From: a virus
Lineage: Duplodnaviria > Caudoviricetes
Strand: one strand, 5' to 3'
IMG/VR virus record: IMGVR_UViG_3300022401_000003
Location: 1,250 to 65,249 of that record
Length of the DNA stretch: 64,000 nucleotides
Under the pieces are notes generated by a model. The model was not told the origin of the DNA. It was given only the letters and a program-made list of their open reading frames with translations, and ran no database searches. The position numbers and the translations under genes were made by a program. This document shows positions 9,047-15,945 of the stretch, one piece after another. Every line of letters starts with the position of its first letter. The stretch's first letter is position 1.

Positions 9047-9561
9047 TACAATTGTTCTTTCTGATATTGTTCTACTTTTGCTTTCAGTCTCGCTTCTGCC
9101 AATGCAACACGTTCCTTTGCGAACTCCACCTTTGCACGAATTTTCTGCAATGCAGGGTCTGTGGCTTCATCAAAGAATAAGTTACCTTGATTGGCTTTGA
9201 TGTATGCTGCAACCCTGTTCTCCTGCAATGTGATTTTGCTCTTCAATGCCACGAGCTGCGACAGGTCGCTTCTAAATCCGTACTTCTCACCACTTGTCTT
9301 GTCATAGAAAGACATAGTGGTGTAGATATAACTTCGAGGGTCTGCACAGACAAACTTTGCTTTGCGCCAATCAATTACCCATTGCCAACGCTCTACACTT
9401 TCACGTGGCAGGTCGTAACGATGTAGCACGACCTCTTTTCCGTCCACCTTCTTGCAGATTAAGATTGCGACATACGCTTTAATGCTTAATTCTTTCTCTG
9501 CTTTGGCGTATGCCTTTGCGAGTTCTTGAAACTCTGCACCGATACCAACCTCCTGTGCCAT
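9046..9561 (-). CDS. Hypothetical protein
   Basis: 171-aa ORF translationally coupled to its neighbours. Confidence 0.75.
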   Translation of the reverse strand: MAQEVGIGAEFQELAKAYAKAEKELSIKAYVAILICKKVDGKEVVLHRYDLPRESVERWQWVIDWRKAKFVCADPRSYIYTTMSFYDKTSGEKYGFRSDLSQLVALKSKITLQENRVAAYIKANQGNLFFDEATDPALQKIRAKVEFAKERVALAEARLKAKVEQYQKEQL

Positions 9562-9564
9562 TGC

Positions 9565-9762
9565 TTACTTGTTTTTCTCTTGTTGATACTCACGATAAGA
9601 CTCGCGTACAAGTACCCACATCAAAAGGGCGAATAACAGAACTACGAGGAGACCGAATAAACCGATTGTGCCTTTGATGAGGTGAGCAATGCCCCAAGTG
9701 ATTGTTCCGAGGAACATAAAGACTGACATCGCAAGTTGGCTGAGGCTCATAAACTTATCCAT
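9565..9762 (-). CDS. Small membrane protein (2 predicted TM helices)
   Basis: Two hydrophobic stretches and a charged tail. Confidence 0.65.
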   Translation of the reverse strand: MDKFMSLSQLAMSVFMFLGTITWGIAHLIKGTIGLFGLLVVLLFALLMWVLVRESYREYQQEKNK

Positions 9763-9769
9763 AGTGATA

Positions 9770-9988
9770 TTATTTTGATGTTGAAAATTCCTCCACGACT
9801 ACAAATCTCTCAACCTTTACAGGGAAATCCGGCTCACCGTCAAACTCATTGTTCAGTTTGGCACACAAATTCATATTTTTGTGTGAACGGTCGAGGTTTA
9901 CATCACAGAGTAATGAGCCTTTGGCAGTCTGAAAAACCTCACGACCAAACGAGTCAAAACCGATACTCTTAATCTCAATCTTATTCAT
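9770..9988 (-). CDS. Hypothetical protein
   Basis: 72-aa ORF in the operon (GFDSFGREVF...EPDFP). Confidence 0.65.
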   Translation of the reverse strand: MNKIEIKSIGFDSFGREVFQTAKGSLLCDVNLDRSHKNMNLCAKLNNEFDGEPDFPVKVERFVVVEEFSTSK

Positions 9989-9990
9989 AA

Positions 9991-10143
9991 TTAGAAATCT
10001 GCTTTTAATTTGAGTTGTCTTAATACTTCTTTCAGTTCGCTGTCGGTGTATCTCTCGGCAATGCCACGAGGTACGCAGTTGTGGTTCATCGCTATTGTAA
10101 TAGCACGTTCTCTTGAAACCTTTGGAGTTCTTCTTCTAATCAT
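9991..10143 (-). CDS. Hypothetical protein (50 aa)
   Basis: Manual translation MIRRRTPKVSRERAITIAMNHNCVPRGIAERYTDSELKEVL...; fills the gap between ORFs. Confidence 0.55.
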   Translation of the reverse strand: MIRRRTPKVSRERAITIAMNHNCVPRGIAERYTDSELKEVLRQLKLKADF

Positions 10144-10147
10144 AGCG

Positions 10148-10348
10148 TTATGCAATTCGGGTTACTACTACGACACGTCTTTCACGGTCTGTCTCGGTCT
10201 TGTATGTTCTGTTCCACTTGAAACCGAGCATACTCGCCATACTTCTTGCAGTAGTGCATAGTGATGCAGGGAACTCCTTGCGCTCTCCGATTTTCATAGG
10301 CTCTAATTCGCCTGTAATAGTCTTTTTTTTAGCCATTTTTTCGGTCAT
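10148..10348 (-). CDS. Small basic DNA-binding protein, first gene of the early lytic operon (Cro-like position)
   Basis: Basic 62-66 aa protein, divergent from the repressor. Confidence 0.6.
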   Translation of the reverse strand: MTEKMAKKKTITGELEPMKIGERKEFPASLCTTARSMASMLGFKWNRTYKTETDRERRVVVVTRIA

Positions 10349-10376
10349 TTGAAGTTTAATGTTTAGTTTTATGGTG

Positions 10377-10408
10377 CAAAACTATAAAATAATACAGACA
10401 CACGCAAA
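10377..10408 (-). promoter_or_regulatory. Bacteroidetes sigmaA-type promoter for the early leftward operon
   Basis: Minus strand TTTG (10408-10405), 20-nt spacer, TAGTTTTG (10384-10377); matches the -33/-7 consensus. Confidence 0.75.
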
Positions 10409-10442
10409 TATTTTAGACAGAAAATTTCATTTTGTCTGTATT
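10391..10442. promoter_or_regulatory. Inverted repeat, candidate repressor operator
   Basis: AATACAGACA (10391-10400) and TGTCTGTATT (10433-10442), with a related AGACAGAAAAT half-site between them, overlapping the promoter. Confidence 0.55.
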
Positions 10443-10477
10443 TTATTTTAGTCGCAAATTGTAATACGCTGATAATT

Positions 10478-10831
10478 ATGAATTTAGGTTTGATTAGAAA
10501 TTTGTGCGAAAAGAGAGCCGGAGGGATGAGACAATTAGCCTCCGACATAGGTATGAGCGAAGCAAACTTGCATCGTTGCGTGAATAACAACAAAATTCAA
10601 GCTGCTGACTTGGAACAGATAGCATTGAAGTTGAGGGTTGATATTCGCCTATTCTTTGATGACGATGTAAGGGCACTTGCAAATAGTATAGACACCGAAA
10701 AAACTGCAAGTGCGACTGTCATTGATGACAATAGAGAACTAATCGAACTATGCAAATCACTTGTTTCAAACTTTCAGCAAAGAGATGACGTGATGAACAA
10801 ATTGGTGTCAATGGTTAAAGGAATGGAGTGA
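10478..10831 (+). CDS. XRE-family HTH repressor (CI-like) without a peptidase domain
   Basis: MRQLASDIGMSEANLHRCVNNN helix-turn-helix plus a C-terminal coiled coil; divergent from the early operon. Confidence 0.85.
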   Translation: MNLGLIRNLCEKRAGGMRQLASDIGMSEANLHRCVNNNKIQAADLEQIALKLRVDIRLFFDDDVRALANSIDTEKTASATVIDDNRELIELCKSLVSNFQQRDDVMNKLVSMVKGME

Positions 10832-11202
10832 TGGACAGTTTGACATTACTTGCAGAGAAGATATTGATAAATGCTGCGAAATCTGATGATGGGCATTGTT
10901 ATCCATCTCAAATAAACGCAACAGGTATTGACTTGGATGGTGCTTTGAGATTATTAGAGATGTACGGAAGAACATTTCCTATGTCAAGAGGAGCGATGCC
11001 GGTTTTTACCATCAACGAATTAGGAAAACATTTCGCAAGCACAGGAGCGTGGAGTGGAAAAGAAAATGCAGAGAGAATTGCCGCAGAACGACATAACGAA
11101 CAGATGCGTGCGCAACACAAAAATAACAAACTTGTAAAATGGAGTATTGTCGCAACAGTTGTAATTGGATTAGCCACTCTATTAGTTTCTATCTTAAAAT
11201 AA
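10828..11202 (+). CDS. Membrane-anchored hypothetical protein (C-terminal TM)
   Basis: Coupled to the repressor (GTGA overlap); ends WSIVATVVIGLATLLVSILK. Confidence 0.7.
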   Translation: MMDSLTLLAEKILINAAKSDDGHCYPSQINATGIDLDGALRLLEMYGRTFPMSRGAMPVFTINELGKHFASTGAWSGKENAERIAAERHNEQMRAQHKNNKLVKWSIVATVVIGLATLLVSILK

Positions 11203-11203
11203 A

Positions 11204-11395
11204 ATGAATAATAAACATTACTCAGTTTCTGTATTGCAGGCAATAAAAATTCTACTCTGCATTTGTGCGTTAGTTTTGGCGTACCTGTTTGCGCTGAATG
11301 GACGATATGTAAAAGAGGATGATGAATATTACTTCGACAAGTGGACAAAAACGATTTTGGTAATAGAAAACTATAAGGAGGTCGAGCAAAAATAG
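11204..11395 (+). CDS. Small membrane protein (N-terminal TM)
   Basis: ILLCICALVLAYLFAL followed by NGRY...YYFDKWT. Confidence 0.65.
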   Translation: MNNKHYSVSVLQAIKILLCICALVLAYLFALNGRYVKEDDEYYFDKWTKTILVIENYKEVEQK

Positions 11396-11409
11396 CCCTG
11401 CTGACACAT

Positions 11410-11660
11410 TGTTGTACGACATTTTGCAACTCGCTGAAAAGCAGACCGAAATTACAGCTGCTCAGGCTGCTGTTGAGGATAACAAGTAAGATACTTGATT
11501 ATTAACGATTTAGGCGGTAGGCTTTTCGCAATCAAGGGCTTACCGCCTATTTTATATAAATAATGCACGTGCGAAATGAGCATTAAATGTGCAGAATGAA
11601 CGCAAATGTTGTACAATAGTTGGTGGGTTTTTACAACAGTGTTGTACGGGTGTTGTACAA
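11410..11660. other. attP: arm-type repeats flanking a core that encodes a host-gene 3' end
   Basis: TGTTGTAC at 11410, 11607, 11640 and 11651, inverted TACAACA at 11632. Between them GCTGCTCAGGCTGCTGTTGAGGATAACAAGTAA (AAQAAVEDNK*, 11457-11489) and a terminator. Confidence 0.72.
11511..11556 (+). terminator. Intrinsic terminator after the attP core
   Basis: Stem TAGGCGGTAGGC / GCTTACCGCCTA followed by TTTTAT. Confidence 0.75.
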
Positions 11661-11771
11661 ATGGTATTGCCGAGGTGTGAGCGAGTTATGACAAAATGCA
11701 CCTCAATCCATTGGAACACGATACAGACACTTTGGAACGCAGTTGATGATTAACGATAAAGAATAACAGAT

Positions 11772-13250
11772 ATGGCAACATTGAAAGCAGTAGTGAGAAC
11801 GGCGAGGGCTGACGGTTTTTACCCTGTGTATATCCGGGTAACACATCATCGTGCATCTTCGTTCATCAAGACAGACAAGATGGTTACGAGAAAGGAACTG
11901 ACCAAGACCAACGAAATCAAAGACCCCTACGTACTACAATACTGTACGCAGAAGATTTTGGAGTACAATGAACGGCTGAACAAAAAGGACATCGAACATT
12001 GGACGGCAAAGGAGATTGCGGAGTTCCTCACGAGTGGCAATGATGATATTTGCTTCTCTGACTACGCACGCACGCACATCGCACGTATGATTGATAATGG
12101 ACAGGAACGGAACGCAAAGAACTATCAACTTGCGCTACAACACCTCGAACGCTTCACAGGAACGACAAAGGTGATGTTCTCGCACTTCACATCGCAGTTG
12201 GTGAACAGGTGGATTAAATCATTGGAGAGTACGCACAGGGCAAAGGAAATGTACCCTATCTGTATGCGGCAGGTGTTCAAGGCGGCGCAATTGGAGTACA
12301 ACGACTATGACACAGGGCTTATCCGCATCAAGACCAATCCGTGGGTTAAGGTGGAAATCCCTGCGGCTGACAAGGCGGAGAAACTTGCTATTACTCCCGA
12401 GGCGTGCCGGGCATTCTTCTCGTTCCCTCTCCCCGACAGCAAGATGAAGTTCCCATTGACGGAGTTCGGACGTGATATTGCTATGATGGTGCTTTGCTTG
12501 GCAGGCATCAACACTGTGGACCTGTATAACCTGCGGAAGAAAGACTATGAGAACGGCATCATTCGTTACCAACGTGCAAAGACACGCAAGAGCCGTTCTG
12601 ATGGTGCGTATATGGAAATGCGTGTGCCTGCAATAGTTCAGCCGTTGTTTGATAAGTACCTCGACACAACAGATAGCGAACGCCTGTTCAACTTCTATCA
12701 ACGTATGGGAACATCGGACAGCTTCAATGCGAACGCTAATAGCGGCATCAAGCAGATATGCAAGGCAATGGAACTTCCGAAAGAGGATTGGTATTCGGTC
12801 TATACGTTTAGGCATACTTGGGGTACGGTGGCGCAGAACGATGTCCGTGCCTCTATATCGGACGTTGCGTTTGCGATGAACCATAGTAGCGGACACAAGG
12901 TAACACGAGGATACATAAAGATTGACTACTCCCCTGCGTGGGAGTTGAACGACAAAGTGATTGACTTCATATTCTTCTCCGGCAAGACTTCGACCAGAGA
13001 GCAGAAGCAGGAGGACACACATTTCAGATTGTCGTATCGCTTTATGGTGAATGCTGCCGCATATCACAATGGGCAGAACGTGGCAGAACTGACGGACGTA
13101 GGCTTCAACAATGTGGATGAGGTTATTGCCCGGCTCGTTACTATGCTTCCCGAGGATATTCCCAACCGCTCAATGGTGATGTTCAAAATCGTCAATCTCG
13201 ACAAAAACCAAACTGTGGTGTACCAACGGCAGAAGGGAAAGGGTTTCTGA
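11772..13250 (+). CDS. int: Tyrosine recombinase (phage integrase) with arm-binding and SAM-like domains
   Basis: Arm-binding N-terminus (DGFYPVYIRVTHHR), SAM-like region (RNAKNYQLALQHLERF), then YTFRHTW, MNH and TRGY motifs. Confidence 0.92.
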   Translation: MATLKAVVRTARADGFYPVYIRVTHHRASSFIKTDKMVTRKELTKTNEIKDPYVLQYCTQKILEYNERLNKKDIEHWTAKEIAEFLTSGNDDICFSDYARTHIARMIDNGQERNAKNYQLALQHLERFTGTTKVMFSHFTSQLVNRWIKSLESTHRAKEMYPICMRQVFKAAQLEYNDYDTGLIRIKTNPWVKVEIPAADKAEKLAITPEACRAFFSFPLPDSKMKFPLTEFGRDIAMMVLCLAGINTVDLYNLRKKDYENGIIRYQRAKTRKSRSDGAYMEMRVPAIVQPLFDKYLDTTDSERLFNFYQRMGTSDSFNANANSGIKQICKAMELPKEDWYSVYTFRHTWGTVAQNDVRASISDVAFAMNHSSGHKVTRGYIKIDYSPAWELNDKVIDFIFFSGKTSTREQKQEDTHFRLSYRFMVNAAAYHNGQNVAELTDVGFNNVDEVIARLVTMLPEDIPNRSMVMFKIVNLDKNQTVVYQRQKGKGF

Positions 13251-13462
13251 CCTTTTTCGTGAAGCCACGAATATGATGCAAGCCTGCAAGGAGTTTTCTC
13301 TTTGTGGGCTTTCTCTTTTTCTTTTGAGCGCAATTTTTTCTTTTTCTCCTCTCAAAAAATCTTTCAAAAATTCTCTTTTCCCCTTTCAGTAGATGTAGTA
13401 GTAGATATATATTTACTATATATTCTATATACTTTCCTCTTCTTTGTTGCATTTTTACGGAG

Positions 13463-13737
13463 TTTATCCGAAGAAACGCCCCATAACTGTACATTTATTG
13501 CGATTATTGTACAGTTATACCCTATTTCTTCCGAAGTTATTGCTATAAATGAACAAGAATAAAGGTGTTGAGATGGCGTTATTGTGTGCCTAAATATGTG
13601 CTTAAAACATAGGTTTGCGAGGTGTATTTGACATCGTTTGTGCAGGAATTGATGTTATTTGCGCATTTATGTACATTTATGGGCTATAATTGTACATTTA
13701 TCAGCATTTCTTCCGAAGAAATAACAATAATTGTACA
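13463..13737. repeat. Iteron-like palindromic repeat cluster (candidate origin of replication)
   Basis: TTTCTTC-C-GAAGAAA palindrome variants at 13463, 13524 and 13706. TGTACA-centred motifs at 13488, 13508, 13670, 13691 and 13732. AT-rich tract at about 13390-13440. Confidence 0.65.
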
Positions 13738-13741
13738 AGAA

Positions 13742-13768
13742 TAGCGGTGTTCATTGCTGACACCGCTA
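13742..13768. terminator. Hairpin downstream of the terS-like gene
   Basis: TAGCGGTGT-N9-ACACCGCTA. Confidence 0.5.
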
Positions 13769-13839
13769 CAAACAAACTGTATTTGAACTAACCTTTGAGG
13801 TGCTGACCTCCGCATCTAAAGTAGATGAGTTTAGATAAA

Positions 13840-14121
13840 TCATTCCTCATCGTCAGAGAGTTCTGCCAATCTATCCTCGATAGTCTTTTTGTTCTCTACC
13901 GTCATATCGAGGGTTGTTGTCTGTAATTTTGGCGAAACATAAGCGGCGAACTTCTCCATTGCCGCAACTCTATCCTTTGGCTCCAACTCCGCTATATCAT
14001 TCACAAAGGTTTCGGACGTGAAATAGTCGTCGAGCATCTTTGCGATTGCCCCACGTACTGCCGCAGATGCCTTATTGGGCGTTCCTGCCTGTCTCCCTCC
14101 TGTTTTCTTTCCCTTTGCCAT
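13840..14121 (-). CDS. Putative terminase small subunit
   Basis: N-terminal KKTGGRQAGTPNK motif typical of small terminase-like proteins; helical body. Confidence 0.6.
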   Translation of the reverse strand: MAKGKKTGGRQAGTPNKASAAVRGAIAKMLDDYFTSETFVNDIAELEPKDRVAAMEKFAAYVSPKLQTTTLDMTVENKKTIEDRLAELSDDEE

Positions 14122-14149
14122 TCAACTGTAAAAAGATAAAACGATGGCT

Positions 14150-14171
14150 CAAAGGTATGTGATTAGTTTTG
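14150..14171. promoter_or_regulatory. Back-to-back Bacteroidetes -7 promoter elements
   Basis: TACCTTTG on the minus strand (14157-14150) and TAGTTTTG on the plus strand (14164-14171). Confidence 0.65.
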
Positions 14172-14209
14172 CAACAGAAGTATAACTTTTAACAATTCAT
14201 TTCATACGT

Positions 14210-14707
14210 ATGGGACTTATTGGAAGCATTGTCGGCGGAGGACTTAGCGCAGCAGGTGCTATCTTCGGTGGTATCTCCGCATCGAAGGCAATGAAAAAAG
14301 CGAAGCGTAATGTTGAGGCACAGCGTAAGAAAAACCAAGATTGGTATGACCAACGCTACAACGAAGATGCGACACAGCGTGCCGATGCTCAACGTATCCT
14401 TACGCAAACCGAAGAGAGTATCAAACAGCGCAACAGGGCGGCGGCAGGTTCAGCAGCCGTTATGGGCGGTACAGATGAAAGTGTAGCGGCGGCGAAAGCT
14501 GCCAACAACGAGGCACTTGCTGACGCTACTGCGCAGATTGCGGCTAATGCTGATGCACGCAAAGACAGCATCGAAGCGACTTATCTACAAAACGACAACG
14601 CATATGTGGAGCAGTTGAACGCTATCGAGCAGGGCAAGGCACAGGCTATCAGTCAAGCAGTACAGGGCGTAGCAAACGCAGGTGCAAGTATCGCAGGCGC
14701 ATTCTAA
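14210..14707 (+). CDS. Internal virion/ejection (pilot) protein
   Basis: Gly/Ala-rich hydrophobic N-terminus (MGLIGSIVGGGLSAAGAIFGG) and A/Q-rich helices; first gene of the ejection cluster. Confidence 0.7.
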   Translation: MGLIGSIVGGGLSAAGAIFGGISASKAMKKAKRNVEAQRKKNQDWYDQRYNEDATQRADAQRILTQTEESIKQRNRAAAGSAAVMGGTDESVAAAKAANNEALADATAQIAANADARKDSIEATYLQNDNAYVEQLNAIEQGKAQAISQAVQGVANAGASIAGAF

Positions 14708-14719
14708 ATCCATTCTCCT

Positions 14720-15940
14720 ATGGCAACATTAGATGAAATTTTAGGCGGCAGTCCTCCCGATGGTGGAGGACACGCACCGAAAGGCTCACAGGAGTGGGCA
14801 GAACAAAATTCGGGAGAGAACGCAGGAGGAAGCGGCGGCAGCACACCACCGAAAGGCTCACAGGAGTGGGCAGAACAAAATTCGGGAGAGAACGCCCCGG
14901 TTTCATCTTCTCCTACCGCTCCAACACAGCCCGGAGCAAAGAGTAAGCCGTCATCAGGAGCAGGTGCGCCTGCCTCGGGTGGCGGTGGTGGCGGTTATGA
15001 GGAACTGTTCAAGAAACTCAACCCATACACCCCACCTACGGCAGAGGAACTTGAAAAGGAAAGGAAGAGAGAGAAGCGAGCGCAGATATTCGCAGCCATT
15101 GGTGACGGTATAACTGCCCTCTCAAACCTTTTCTTCACTACACAGTATGCACCGAATATGTATGACGGTAAGAATACTATTTCAACCGCTAACAAGGTGC
15201 GCTATGACAAATTGGTGAAAGACCGAGAGGAAAAGAACACGGCGTATTACAACGCTCTTATGCGTGCAAGACAGGCTGATGAAGATGCAGCCCACCGTGA
15301 ACGTAGTTGGCAACGACAGCTCGGACTCGACCAAGAGGCACGAGATAGGTACAACGAGGGTATTCAGCACCGCAACGAGCGTGAGCGCATCGCCGATGAA
15401 CGCTATACAAGCGAGCAAGAGTACAGACGTGGACGTGATGCGGAAGCAGATAGACGTTGGCAGGCAACCTTTGACGAGGACAAACGCCGTTCTGACCGTT
15501 CACACAACTTCCAAGTTCGACAGCATAATGACAATGTTTCCGTTCGCCGTGAGCAGGCAAGAGCAACGGCAGCACGTGGTGTTCGTGGTAAGCAACTCGG
15601 CTTTGCTGATGGTAACGGCAACCAAGTGGCAATCTACGAAAACGTATGGAAAGGCTCAATGCAACAGGTCTATGATGCGATGTTGGAAGACCTCGCACCA
15701 ACAGATGAGACACAGCGCAGACGTTGGGAGAGTGAAATGAGACGTCTTGACACTCCGCAGAAGAAAGAGGACTATGTTAAGCAGAATTGGCACAAATCGC
15801 CAAAAGCCTCTCAAATTATGCTCACTCTCTCTGGTATTGACCCTGCCACTATGACAAGCGAACTCAATGATGATGTCGAGGAATACACTCCCGGCGGTGG
15901 CGATGATGAAGTGATTGATTATACACCCGGTAACAAATAA
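14720..15940 (+). CDS. Internal virion/ejection protein
   Basis: Disordered N-terminus, a short hydrophobic helix and an R/E/Q-rich coiled coil; lies between the pilot and giant protein genes. Confidence 0.7.
   Translation: MATLDEILGGSPPDGGGHAPKGSQEWAEQNSGENAGGSGGSTPPKGSQEWAEQNSGENAPVSSSPTAPTQPGAKSKPSSGAGAPASGGGGGGYEELFKKLNPYTPPTAEELEKERKREKRAQIFAAIGDGITALSNLFFTTQYAPNMYDGKNTISTANKVRYDKLVKDREEKNTAYYNALMRARQADEDAAHRERSWQRQLGLDQEARDRYNEGIQHRNERERIADERYTSEQEYRRGRDAEADRRWQATFDEDKRRSDRSHNFQVRQHNDNVSVRREQARATAARGVRGKQLGFADGNGNQVAIYENVWKGSMQQVYDAMLEDLAPTDETQRRRWESEMRRLDTPQKKEDYVKQNWHKSPKASQIMLTLSGIDPATMTSELNDDVEEYTPGGGDDEVIDYTPGNK
14775..14895 (+). repeat. Perfect 49-bp in-frame direct repeat (2 copies, 72-bp period)
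   Basis: CACCGAAAGGCTCACAGGAGTGGGCAGAACAAAATTCGGGAGAGAACGC at 14775 and 14847; encodes PKGSQEWAEQNSGENA twice. Confidence 0.95.
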
Positions 15941-15945
15941 TAACT

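Noticed and set aside
13192-13562. ORFs 13192-13494 (-) and 13302-13562 (+) as genes
   Set aside because: Low-complexity translations of the repeat and AT-rich region; better explained as cis-acting DNA or a gene relic.
14775-14895. Direct repeats as a CRISPR array
   Set aside because: Only two 49-bp copies, in frame within a CDS, with no cas genes or leader.
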